From Mobula hypostoma (lineage: Eukaryota), in NCBI RefSeq assembly GCF_963921235.1, contig NC_086101.1:14570001-14634000 (forward strand): a DNA stretch of 64,000 bases, in the 5' to 3' direction. The notes beneath the pieces were generated by a model that was given only the letters and a program-made list of their open reading frames with translations, did not search any database and had not been told where the DNA came from. Position 1 is the first letter of the stretch; the number at the start of each line of letters is the position of its first letter. This document shows, one piece after another, positions 1 through 12,058 of the stretch. The translations under genes and the position numbers were made by a program.

Positions 1-388
1 TATCCTCAGTCACCCAGATAGTGTGATGCGTGCCCTTGGAGCAACCTACATCAAACTCTTCAGTGGAAAAGACACCTTCCAGTTTCAACATCTTCTCTAC
101 CAACTTCCTCTTCCAACCCACAGGAACTGGGGAGTCCCCGAAGTTGATTGACTCAGTGGTCAACTTCCCCCTTTTTCTAGTAGTTTCTCACCAGCTTGTT
201 TCACAGGGACAGTAGATATTACCGTCAATGGGAACAAATGCACAGGGGCATCCCCCGCTTGAAGGTGACCTCGCTCTTCGTAGTGTTCCTGTCAATCATT
301 ACCATCCTGCTCGCCTGTACAGCCTGGGCCTTCTGCAGCTCGGGCCTCACCAGTACCCCGGCAGGAAATCCCGACTCCCCCTTGAGCT

Positions 389-3300
389 TCTTCTTCTTCT
401 ATTTCCGGCTGTTTAGAAGCATCTAGGCGTATTACAGCCCGCCGCAGGATGTATAAATAATTATAGAACTTCAAGGAACTCAAATTCTTGAATACAATCT
501 AGTCTCACGTATAAACTGAATAACAGACTCTTCAATCAGATGTTGATTCTCTTGATGGCCAAACAAAGATTTAATAGAAAACCAAAATAAATTTAAGCCA
601 GATAGCCTCTTGAACAACATGCTTCTTTCAATTTTGTGTCGATTACAGTTCAGCAAAACATGCTGGACTGTCTCTGGACTACCACAGTCACATAATCCAG
701 TAGGATGTTTTCCTATACTGTAATCTTTAAATAATAATTTAGCCCACAATGCCCCAACCTAAGTCTTGTTAATTTCACCATATCTCTAGGACATAAAAGG
801 TAACAGTCTGAGAACTTTTTAACTAGTGGGTGACTAGAAAAATAATGCCTGCCCCTTAATTCATTTTTCCAATCCTCCTGCCACTTCTTCTCTATACCTT
901 TTTAATCCTACTTCTCAATTCTGCTCTGCCTAGGGGAACTCTAATTTCTACTTGCCTGCTGTGTAAGGAAGACTTTGCAATGCCATCCACAATTTCATTT
1001 CCCTCCACCCCAGCATGCCCAGGTATCCATGAAAATCCAACTGCACAACCCATCTTCCCTACTCTAAACAACACTAAGAGAATCTCAATAACTATGTCAG
1101 GACGAGCTTTTGATTTACTCCCTTTTATGGACTCTAAGGCAGCAGCAGAATCTGAACAGATGATAACCCTACGTGGTTGAGAGTCTTCTATCCACCATAA
1201 GGCCCAGAGGATTGCTAATAATTCTGTTGCAAAGACAGAAACACCATCTGAAACCTGGTGACCAATCTTACCTCCAAGTTGAGACAGATACATCCCAAAT
1301 CCTGCCCTACTGCTCTCTGGGTCCACTGTGCCATCAGTAAAAATCTTCAGATAAGATCCCGATTTATTATTTAAATATTCATTTGTGATCAACGCTGATG
1401 AAATTGCACTGCTTCCTTTAAGCTGAGGAAGGAGGAACAGGTCTACTTCTGGTTCTGGAAAAAGCCAAAAAGGGACGGGTGGCAAGCAAATGTGGTCAAC
1501 TACATCTTCCCCAGTCAGTTTCAATTTCACAGCCCAGTTATTAACCAAATCTAAAAATGGGTATCTTTTAATTTTACTTTGGCACTCCGACTTCCCCTGC
1601 AAAAGACACTTTGATGGACAGCTGTGATTGAATCCATTTAGTTTTACCCAATACTGCAGGCCCAGCTGAATTCACCTTAAATTCAGGGGCACTTCTCCCA
1701 TCTCCACACATAATGCCGGAACTGATGTTCTAAAAGCTCCACAACAGAGTCTAAGTGCTTTAGACTGCACAGTGTCTAGTTTTCCAAGCACTGCTGTAGC
1801 AGCAGAACCATAAGCAACACAACCATAATCTATAACTGATCTAATCATAGCTAGATATATTAAGTACATAGTTTCCCACCTTGCTCCCCAGTCGCATCCA
1901 GCAATACTTCTCATAACATTTAAAACTTTCTCACACTTTCCAATTGTTTTATCTATATGAACCCTCCAAGTAAGTCTTTCATCAAACCAGACACCTAAAA
2001 ACTTGAATACCTTGACTTTTTCTAGTGGAGAATCATATAGACAGAATTCACAATCAGGAATCTTTCTTCTAAAGCCAAAAATCATATATTTGGACTTAAA
2101 AGCAGAAATCCTGAAACCCCATTTATTAGTCCAGTTTTCAACTGAGCTTAAAGCCTTTTGTCCCTGCCTTAATATATACTTGATATTTCTTCCTCTTTTC
2201 CAGATTGCACCATCATCTGCAAACCATGATTTGCCAAATCCTGTCCCTACCTGATCAAAGATATCATGTATCACGACATTAAAAAGAACTGGACTAATGA
2301 CACTTCCTTAAGGGGTACCATTACCTATTTTAACTGACTTGGAGCTTATTCCACCTATTCTTACTTGAATTGTCCTTTCCTTAAGGAAATCTTTGATACA
2401 ATTAAACATTCTACCTCTAATTCCCGCATCATAGAGTTTAATTAATAAGCCATCCCTCCATAGTGAGTAATATGCTCTTTCAATATCTAAAAATACACTT
2501 ACCATTACTTCTCTATTTTGAAATGCTTTTTTAATATCATGATCTAAAAGAGCAACAGATTCCATTGTTGATCTTCCAGTTCTAAAACTATTTTGATAGG
2601 CAGCAAAGTGTCCCTTATTTTCCAAAAAATAAACAAGTCTGTTGATGACCGTTCGTTCCATAATTTTACAAAGCACTGACGTTAAAGCTGTAGGCCGATA
2701 CGAACTAGGACTAGACACGTCCTTACCTGGCTTTAAAACTGGAACTACCACTGCATGTTTCTATTCTACTGGTAGTTTTCCTTCTTTCCACACTGAATTA
2801 AACAATGCTAGAATTTCTATTAATACAGAGTCATCTAAATGCTTAAGCAATTCATAACACAGTCCATCCCTACCAGGAGAAATGTTTGAACCTGCTTGGA
2901 CAGCTTCCTGCAATTCCTGAAGGGAGAAAAACATATTTATGGAGGTATTATCATCCAAACTCCTATCCAATTTCCAACTTTCCTTCCTTTCTCAAATCAC
3001 CTAACTCTCCACAACTGTGTAACGCTTGGAACACCTCTACAAACATATCACCCTTTTCCTTATTGGTTACAGCTTCAATATCTCTTTCCAGCAAAGCTGG
3101 GATAGATGGTTTCTTATATATCCCTGACATTCTGTGAATGATTGTCCATAGCTGCTTTGTAGGTGTCTCAGGGCTCAGGGTTCCACAAAATCTTCTCCAA
3201 CTATCCCTCTTTGCATTTTTAATTACTCTCCTTTCTACTGCTCTTTCCTTTTTATACTCCATAACATTATCTAACACTGGGTGCTTTCCTAATTTCCTAT

Positions 3301-5474
3301 AAGTTCTATTTCTGTTTCTTACTGCTATATCACAATTTTTATTCCACCACAGAACTAATGCTCGAGCCTTGAGTACATTCCGTAGTGGAATAGTCAACTG
3401 AGCAACTTTATGAATTATAGTATAGAGGGATTTATTCCAATCGTCTATGGACCCCTCACTATTAATCTCTTCTATTATATCCACAACTTTCTCCTGATAC
3501 TCAACCCAATGGGCCAAAGAAAAATTATACCTAGCAGACCTCTCCTACTATCACATTTCTACCAAATCTACATAATATAGGATAGTGATCACTTCCCAGT
3601 GTGCATCTGTCCTTCACATCCCATTCCCCAACCCCAGCAAAGTTTGAGGAAGTGATAGATAAGTCTAAGTGACTACAAGTATTCTTTACAATATTAAATC
3701 TTGTAGGCCTTCTGTCATTTAGCAGTACCATGTTGTATTTATCTAGAAACTCCTCTATTATCACTCCATTACTATCTTTACTTTCACTACCCCATATAGG
3801 ATTATGGGCATTGAAATCTCCAACCCAGATTACTGGGGATCTTACCTTATTCATAATTTCATCCAATTCTGATAACATCATATTACCTGGATTATAAAAG
3901 GTAATCAAAGTTATTTGACCACGAGAGCTCCAAACCTCCACAGCCACAATTTCAAGGTTAGATTTAAAATCAAGTCTTCTAAACTGGAGCCCTGTTTTTA
4001 TGAAAGTTGCACACCCTCCACCAGATTTACCCATTCTGTCAGCTCTCAAGCTATCATATCCAGGGATCACAAAATCTAAATGAGGCTTTAACCATGTCTC
4101 CTGTATACAGATCAAATCAGGCTTGTCTTTAAAAGTTCCAACAGATCTTTTTAATTCTTGACCATTTGCAGATAAACTTCTTGCATTCCATTGTAATATT
4201 AAAAACATCCAAATTCTAATTATTTGCCTCTTCATCCACATAAAGCTCCTCTGTACTCTCTGATCCCGACAGCTGGGAAGTATTTAGTGATTGTTTGTCT
4301 GTCATATACTCACGTAATTTTTCCGGTGAAATCTGTTTTATATCAAGGAATCTCTCTGCAGCCCAACAAATACTTTTATATCTGACCTCTCAGCTGTAGT
4401 TTTAGCCCTGACCAGTACATCAACAACAAACACCAAAAAAGACTCTTTAATCATCAACAACATGCCTGAAGGATCCATAGTTGGAGAACTCAAAATGAAC
4501 TGACTCCCCGTCATTCCAATCTTTTTTATACTTATCCTTTGCTCTCTATCAACTTTCTTTACTGCTTCAACATGATATATTTTGTTGGATACTAACATCC
4601 TGAATCTGCTTTGCCGTACTGAAATACTCACATCCTCTGAACGCCGCTATATGGTCCCCTCCACAGTTACTGCATTTAGGCACCGCTGCCTTATTTGCTT
4701 TAATATCATGATCCTCTCCACATTTCATACATCTTCTTTTACCTCGACATGAACCAGCAACGTTTCCAACTCTCTGGCAATTGTAACAGCGTAAGGGAGG
4801 CCTAATGTATTCTCTAACCTGATAAGACATGCACCCAAGATAGACTTTCGTTGGAAGAACATCACCTGCAAAAACCAGAAGAACAGGAGAATCCCAATTA
4901 CCACCTTCTCTCGATTTTAATTGTTTGGCTTCAATCACTTGACCACCTTTAATATTGTCTTAAACTTCCTTTTCAGTCATGCCAGACCAAATACCATACA
5001 CTACCCTCTTAACTCCCTCCTTTCTTTCGGAGTAATTCACTCCACTTTCACAACCAATTTTCCCACCATTTTAGCACTGTTATATTGGCCAATATCTTTG
5101 CAACAAATTTTCAGCAATCCATTAAACAAAATCTTGGCCTGGAATCCTTTATTTGGTTCTCTAATACTGCTGCCATTTTCAAAGGATTAAGGGCTCTACA
5201 TCCTTCTTCTCCTTCCTTCTGACCTTTAATTTTATACAGAACTATAAATTCCTCCAATTTACCCATTTTCCTCAATTTGCTGTCCCCCATTACTTCAGGT
5301 CTTTCACTTGATGCACCACTTTTTTTGGCTACCCTTACTTCTGGAGTATTCCACAGTCTCCCCCTCTCCCTTTTGCAGCCATAGGCTACAAACTAACCCT
5401 TTCCAAACTACTAGGCTCCTCCACCCTAAAGTCCCCACCCACTCAATCAACAGCCACAAATGAGCAGCAGCAGC
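389..5474 (-). mobile_element. Full-length Nimb/I-clade non-LTR retrotransposon (ORF1 with CCHC knuckles; ORF2 APE-RT-RNase H-CCHC), inactivated by stops and frameshifts
   Basis: ORF1 knuckles RCYNCQRVGNVAGSC...CMKCGEDH...CSNCGGDH (4567-4938); APE LQWNARSL/IQETWL/GDFNAH/GSDHYPI (3531-4241); RT YRP.ALTS, FLDI, FADD (2308-2751, 1672-2274); RNase H IFTDG/ELLAI/SDS/WIPGH (892-1602); C-terminal C-C-H-C (480-749); (GAA)n tail; 14-bp TSD CTCCCCCTTGAGCT at 375-388 and 5475-5488. Confidence 0.92.
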
Positions 5475-6188
5475 CTCCCCCTTGAGCTCTTCCTGAGCGT
5501 CCACTAAGAGGGCCTCCCCCTCGGGTATTCCGGAAAATGTGGGGGTCCCCATCACTCTTGCTACTTCCACGGGCCGGACCACCAGTGGCTTCGACTGGGT
5601 GAACCACACAGACCCTCGTTTAAATTCGGTACCCGGCCCAATGCAGCCACGCACTTCCTTAAAAGCAGCTCGAAACACCGGGTGCATGGACAGTGTTCCC
5701 AGAAAGCTCTCCCCAGCTTTCTCCTTGCAGGACCCCATAAGCTTCCTCACAAGAGGGGTGTTGGTTCCCAGCAGAATTGAAACGCCGCCCTTCTCACTGG
5801 GGTCTGGACAAACCAGTACTAATATATCAAGGACCTCGGACACTCCCACATCGGCCTCCAAGAATTCCAACTTCACTGACAAATAACCATCGTCTGGATA
5901 ATCACTGGCACTGAGACCCCAGAGCTCCAATGCATTGAATGGCATCAAGGGTAAATGCTTCAGATACCGGTGGTAAAACGAACGTTACAACAACGTGACC
6001 TGCAACCCCGTGTCAAGTATGGCTTTAGCATAAATACCCTCTATCCGTAGCGACACACTGGAGCATGGTCCCACCAAGCCGTCAGGAATAAGGCCTTTCA
6101 CTTCTGGGGGTTCCTTGATATATTGCTGGGAACGTGTTCCCCCAGAGACACCAGGCCGTTCTCTCACTGTGTCTCCTCCAAGTTTCCC
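5475..6188 (-). pseudogene. Gypsy pol N-terminus (aspartic protease and linker)
   Basis: GLVGPCSSVSLRIEGIYAKAILDTG motif in ORF 5985-6167; the frame of ORF 5304-5948 up to LLVDAQEELKGE continues in frame at 374 (SGFPAGVLVRPEL) once the Nimb insertion is removed. Confidence 0.85.
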
Positions 6189-7583
6189 GACACCTCTCCC
6201 TGCTCAGGCACCCGGGGGCTCACTCTCCGAGGGGCTTCCTGCCGCTCACATTCCCACCTGAAGTGGCCCTCTTCACGCTAGTTATAGCAGATGATACCAG
6301 CCGCTCCCCTTCGCACGGAAACCCGGCCACCGACAACCCTCTGCGCAGTGCGTCCCCTGGTGGGGTCCCTCTCTCTACACGTCCTGTCATACTGGGGGTC
6401 CACCCGCGCTGTTAACACCTGGGACATCTCAGTTCTCAGCTCTGCCACAAAGGAGGGAGGGGTGAGTCTCACAGGACTGTCCGAAACATCATGCAATCAT
6501 GTCCTGGGACTGGGTGCCCTTGGCTATCTGGTCCATTCTTAACTTATCCACCTCAGCCTTCTGAATGACCCCCCTGCGCCGCAAACAATTTAGCTACCTC
6601 TCTAGCCGAAAAAAAATACGCGGAACTCTTTCTTCTCCTGACACATGTTCTGAAACCCCGCCATGAGCTCCAGTGGGCCCCTAGTCGTATCGAAAGCGTT
6701 CTCCAGTGCATCTAGATACTGGGCGAGGGTAGCGGAGGTTGGCGAGTCTTCACAACTCTTACTAAGTCAGCCGCCAAGCCCTTCAAACTCAACTAATCTC
6801 TCAACACACATCAAAGTTGCTGGTGAACGCAGCAGGCCAGGCAGCAACTGTAGGAAGAGGTGCAGTTGACGTTTCAGGCCGAGACCCTTCGTCAGGACTA
6901 ACCAATCTCTGTCGCTTTACGTCTTCACAGCACTGCCACTCACTTAACAACTGAGAGGTCTGCACCACCCACGTCTCATACTCCTCTTCCCCCTCGGGGG
7001 TGGGCGTTATTCCAGAGAACATTCTTAGCTTCCTGAGGGGGCCCTCTGCCTGTGCATTGGGCCACTCGTTCGCCAGGGATGTAAGGACTGATGCCAACTC
7101 GGAACTCTCACTCTTCACTGGGAGACGGGGACAAATTAGACTTTCCAAGTCCGAGCACACTTTCCCCCACTCCTCAGAAACAATAGAACTCTGTCTTTGA
7201 AGTCTCCGCCCCCAGCTACGGGAAACTCGACTTGTGACTCAGCCCGCTCGGCTCCCTTCTCTTCCTCCGTGACAGTACGGACAGGCCGTGGCCCCGCCTC
7301 TCCTGGGACGCTGGCAGTCCCACCGCCGTTATGTCAGCGCTAGTCTGAACTAAGACAAGTTCTGAACCCGCCACTTTATCAGAACTCCGCGCTACGATCT
7401 CAACATTGCCAAAGCTTTAACCGTACTCAAAAATCGAATTAACAATTCATCCGGGATACGAATATCCATCCCACTCAACACGCACGCATTAGTTACCGGT
7501 AACCTCACGGAGGCGCACCGCCGCTCCTCCCCCCGGGGGCATCCATACCAGCATAGATTTAAACACACAGTCCACTGGTTCAA
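6158..7583 (-). pseudogene. Gypsy gag (PNMA/Ma-like capsid plus CCHC knuckle), disrupted
   Basis: ORF fragments 7392-7583, 6801-7160 and 6278-6496; second Cys of the knuckle is a TAG stop; Penelope remnant inserted at about 6802-6899. Confidence 0.8.
6802..6899 (-). mobile_element. Penelope-like pLTR remnant with hammerhead-type motif, inserted in gag
   Basis: Minus strand tagtcCTGACGAAGGGTCTCGGCCTGAAACGTCaactg; flanked by an approximately 11-bp duplication AACTAATCTCT/AACCAATCTCT. Confidence 0.75.
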
Positions 7584-7616
7584 CGTTCAGGGAATCACAC
7601 AGCATTCAACGGAATC

Positions 7617-7636
7617 AATCCCAAACATAGCCCCCA
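7617..7636 (-). promoter_or_regulatory. Primer-binding site, tRNA-Pro-like (degenerate)
   Basis: Minus strand TGGGGGCTATGTTTGGGATT, 4 nt after the LTR end; resembles the tRNA-Pro PBS TGGGGGCTCGTCCGGGATT. Confidence 0.6.
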
Positions 7637-7640
7637 CAGT

Positions 7641-8239
7641 TGTAACTCTCAGGCTCGACCAGCTGGCGTTCGTCTAGGGGACGACAACTTCTGGCCCCGC
7701 CAACCTGAGAAATCTCGTTTGTGTGGATGCTGCCTGATGTGTTGCCCGGTTACAAATCAGCACTGTAAAATATCAGACAGTACACCATATGCAATTAAAT
7801 GATTGAACTTTATAAATCTTAATCTGAATATAGGGTTAGTAAAGAAAATAAAAAGAAAAAGGGTCCATTTTAAGGAAAAAAAGTCAAAAGTGCACGTTGG
7901 AGCTCACTGATACGGCCGTTCATCAACCATCGACCTCCTCCGAGCGTCGCCGACCTTCAGACCCTCGCTCCCAGTCCACTCAGTCCGGTCATCTCCTACC
8001 TAGTTCCCTCCACACCTGTCTTCCTTCTTCTCTAGCTGACAAAAGACCGCACGAATCTCTCTTCAAGACTCACAAGAAAGAACAACATCCCTTTCGTTGG
8101 ATAACATACATTCCAAAGTCCCAGTTATTTCCAGTCATAACCCAAACATTGCTGCTACAGAGAAACCATTACATGGTTTAGCGGTGAAACATTACAGAGA
8201 GGCTATCATATTAGCAGTGAAATCTTACACCGTGTTACA
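7641..8239 (-). repeat. 5' LTR of the Gypsy element
   Basis: Starts TGTAAC and ends GTTACA (6-bp terminal inverted repeat); the PBS follows on the minus strand. Confidence 0.75.
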
Positions 8240-8340
8240 TAAGGAATAAAGTCCTAACCTATTCAATCCTTCCTTATGACCACAATACCTTAAGACATAG
8301 GAGCAGAATTAGGCCATCTGGCCCATCGAGTTTGTTCTGT

Positions 8341-8917
8341 CATGGCATAGCCGTCTCTATTTCCTGAGGAGACTGAGGTCCTTTAACATCTGCCGGACGA
8401 TGCTGAGGATGTTCTACGAGTCTGTGGTGGCCAGTGCTATCATGTTTGCTGTTGTGTGCTGGGGCAGCAGGCTGAGGGTAGCAGACACCAACAGAATCAA
8501 CAAACTCATTTGTAAGGCCAGTGATGTTGTGGGGATGGAACTGGACTCTCTCACGGTGGTGTCTGAAAAGAGGATGCTGTCCAAGTTGCATGCCATCTTG
8601 GTCAATGTCTCCCATCCACTACATAATGTACTGGGTGGGCACAGGAGTACATTCAGCCAGAGAATCATTCCGCCAAGATGCAGCACTGAGCATCATAGGA
8701 AGTCATTCCTGCCTGTGGCCATCAAACTTTACAACTCCTCCCTTGGAGGGTCAGACATCCTGAGCCAATAGGCTGGACCTGGACTTATTTCATAATTTAC
8801 CGGCATAATTTACATATTACTATTTAACTATTTATGGTTCTATTACTATTTATTATTTATGGAGCAACTGTAACAAAAAACAATTTTCCCCGGGATTAAT
8901 AAAGTATGACTATGACT
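8341..8917 (+). mobile_element. Rex1/Babar-type LINE 3' end
   Basis: ORF 8400-8771 FYESVVASAIMFAVVCWG...PPRCSTEHHRKSFLPVAIKLYN; (TATGAC)n tail near 8905-8917. Confidence 0.8.
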
Positions 8918-9390
8918 TTGACCAACTCAAGTCCTCCAGACCCGGCAACATCCTCGTAAATTTTCTCTGTACTTTTTCAACTTTAGTTAAATCTTTCCTG
9001 TAAGCAGATGGCCAAAACTGTACACAGCACTCCAAATTAGGCCTCACTAATGCTTCAGTCAACTTCAACATTACATCCCAGCTTCTGTACTGAATACTTT
9101 GACTTATGAAGGTTAAAAGGTTTCTTTATGACCCTATCTAACTGTGATGCCACTTTCAATGAATTATGGACCTCTATTCCCAGATCACTTTGTTCTACCA
9201 CACTTTGCAGTGCCCTATGTTCACTGTGTAAGACCTATCCCGGCTGGTCCTACTGAACTGCAGCACCTCGAATTTGTCTGCATTAAATTCCATTTGCCAT
9301 TTTTTAAGCTGGTCAAGATCCCGCTGCCAGCCATGATAACCTTCCTTGCTGTCCACTACACCCGTTATCTTGGTGTCATACACACATTTG
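8918..9390 (-). mobile_element. CR1 LINE RT 3' fragment
   Basis: YDTKITGVVDS...LQRDLDQL.KWQMEFNADK.EV (ORF 9195-9383). Confidence 0.8.
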
Positions 9391-10240
9391 CTGCTTACAC
9401 CTATGAGAAGTGCATCCAGCTGCAGCTTCTAACATTCTGCATTAAGGAGTTGAAACTGAAACTGGATGATCTCTGGATAATTCAGGAGGCTGAGGACGTG
9501 ATAGATAGGACATATAGAGAGTAGATAGCACTCAAGGTGCATGACACAGGAAGCTGGGTGACAGTCAGGAAGGCGAAAGGGGTTAAACTCCCAATACAGA
9601 GTACCCCTGTAGCCATTCTCCCTCAACAACTGTATATAACTTTGGAAACTTCGGGGGAAGGAGGGGATGACCTAACAGAGGAAAGTCTTGGTCAGGTCTC
9701 TGGCACTGAGTTGAAATCTGTGACTTAGTGGGCAGAAGGAGCTGAGGCGAGCTGTGTTGATAGAGATTCATTGGTTAGGGGAACAGAAAGGCGGTTCTGT
9801 GGACGAGATTCCTGGATAGTATGTTGCCTCTCGGGTGCCATCGTCTGGGATATCTCAGATCGAGTCCTCAGCATTCTTAAGTGGGAGGTGAACAGCCAGA
9901 GGTGGTGGTCCACGTAGGTACCAATGACATGGGTAGGACGAGTGCTGAGAATCTGCAAAGTTAGTTTAGGGAGTTCAGTGCTAAGAAAAAGGGAAGGACC
10001 TACAGGGTTGTGATTTCAGGATTGCTACCCATGCCACATTCTAGTGAGGCCAGAAATGGGAAGATTATGCAGTTTAACATGTGGATAAGGAATTGGTGTA
10101 GGAGGGAGAGCATAACATTTTTGGATCATTGGGCTCTTTTCCAGGGAAGGTGGGACCAGTACACAAGAGACAGTTTGTACCTGAACCGGAAGGAGACCAG
10201 TATCCTGGTGGGAAGGGTTGCTAGTGCTGCACAGTTTCAA
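9390..10240 (+). mobile_element. CR1 ORF1 fragment (coiled coil plus SGNH esterase), degraded
   Basis: KELKLKLDDLWIIQEAEDVIDRTY; ISGLLPMP...NMWIRNWCRRE...FLDHW.LF.GRWD.Y.RD.LYLN. Confidence 0.8.
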
Positions 10241-10454
10241 GGAAACCATTTTTCTAGCCTTCCCTATCAACTTCTCTCAGAATGACCCCTTATCCTCTGA
10301 CTCTGGTGCATAGACTTCAGCCATTTTGTTACAGCTGATTATAAAACATTGCTAAAATGTATTTTGACCTTGGAATTCACAAATAAACTCTAAACTTTGT
10401 TTATTTTTGAGACGCCCATAGATCTGATGAGTGATTTGAATAATACTTCAAAGC

Positions 10455-11038
10455 CAGGATGTAATGTTGAGACTTTACAAAGCACTGGTGAGGCCTCACT
10501 TGCAGCATTGTGAGTAGGTTTGGGCCTCTTATCTTAGAAAGGATGTGCTGAAACTGGAGCGGGTTCAAAGAGGTTCACAAAAATTATTCCAGGATTGAAT
10601 GACTTGTCATATGAAGAGTGTTTGATAGTTCTGGGCCTGTATTCTATCAACCACAGAAGAATGAGGGGTGACCTCATTGAAACCTATCGAATGGTGAAAG
10701 GCCTTGATAGAATGGATGTGCAGAAGATGTTTTCTATGATGGGAGATTCTAAGACCAGAAAACACAGCCTTAGAATTTTAGGAACTGAGATAAGGAGGAA
10801 TTTTTTTTGCCAGAGTGGTAAATCTGTGGAATTCTTTGCCTCAGGAAGCTGTGGGGACCATGCCTTTATGTATATTTAAAGCAGAGGTTGATAGGTTCTT
10901 GATTGGTCAGGACATGAGGAAGAAGGCTGGAGATTAGGGCTGAGAGGAAAATTGGATCAGCCATGATGAAATGGCGGAGCAGATGCAATGGGCCAGATGG
11001 CCTAATTCTGCTCCTATATCTTATGGTCTTATGGTCTT
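10455..11038 (+). mobile_element. CR1 LINE 3' end
   Basis: LSYEE.L..LGLYS...RRMRGDLIETYRMVKGLDR; (TCTTATGG)n-type tail near 11018-11038. Confidence 0.85.
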
Positions 11039-12058
11039 TACCTACAACTAATTTCAATATTTCTGAACAACACTGTTGTTAGAGTGAAATTTATTTATTT
11101 ATGATTGCTTTACATTAGGTATAATTTTGTTGGAAGCACCTTTGATGTTTTATTGATATCTGATGGATCATGTGATCCAGCGACACAGAACGTGGCAGTG
11201 CACCAACTATATTTATATAGCGCCTTTAATGTGACAAATCTCTTCCAAGACAAGAAAGCAGATTTTAAGGCTAATCAACAGTGACTATTAAGGGGTTTTA
11301 GACAATGTCTTAACAGGGGAGGAAAGTGTGGATTGGATGAGGAGCTACACAAGTTACGGCTTCGTGTTTCATTAAGACATAGAAAAGGTAATTCAGCCCT
11401 TCAAATCTATGCCAGTTCTTACAGCAATCCCACTTATTCTCTGGAACATAATCTCTCTCATTTACAACTAATTTTTCTACTGCTTACTTATGGTATAGTT
11501 AATTTATGGTAGCTACTTAGTCTACCACCAGGAAGACTTTGGGATGTGCAAGGAAATGGGCGCAGTCATAGGAAAGCAATGCAGTCACGGGGAGATCATG
11601 TAACATCTACACAAACAGCACTGGAGATCAGGATCAATCCAGATCAATTGTAAGGCAATTGTACTATCTGCAGCACTGCCGTAATTAGCTGCATGACTTT
11701 TAATGAAGGACAAATGTAATTGGGAGATAGCCAAGAGGTGGAAATCGTAGAACCACAGTTATCTTGTATATCTCTGTAACGTATCTAAGTTTGCTGATGA
11801 TATGAAACTAAGTCGGAGGTCGCGCAGAAATTTAATTAGATACAAACATGAGTAATCACTGAGTTAATGTGTGGGAGGTGAAATGTGGGACTATGTGAGG
11901 TTAACTATGTCATAAACATGAGAGATTCTGCAGATGCTGGGAATCCAGAGTGAAATATACAAAATGCTGGAGGAACTCAGCAGGTCAGGCAACATCTGCA
12001 GAAATGAACCAAGAGTCAATGTTTCAGGCTGAGACCCTTCACCAGGACTAGACACATT

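Larger units (their letters stand above)
1..8239 (-). mobile_element. Ty3/Gypsy LTR retrotransposon (PNMA-like gag, protease, start of RT), degraded; interrupted by a Nimb LINE and a Penelope remnant; continues off the left edge
   Basis: 5' LTR at 7641-8239, PBS, gag motif RKLRMFSG...EEEYETW...KRQRL, zinc knuckle CYN*REEGHFRWEC, protease AILDTG. Pol resumes at 388 and reads down to ...VFSTEEFDVGCSKGTHHTIWVTED, typical of the region just before Gypsy RT. Confidence 0.9.
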
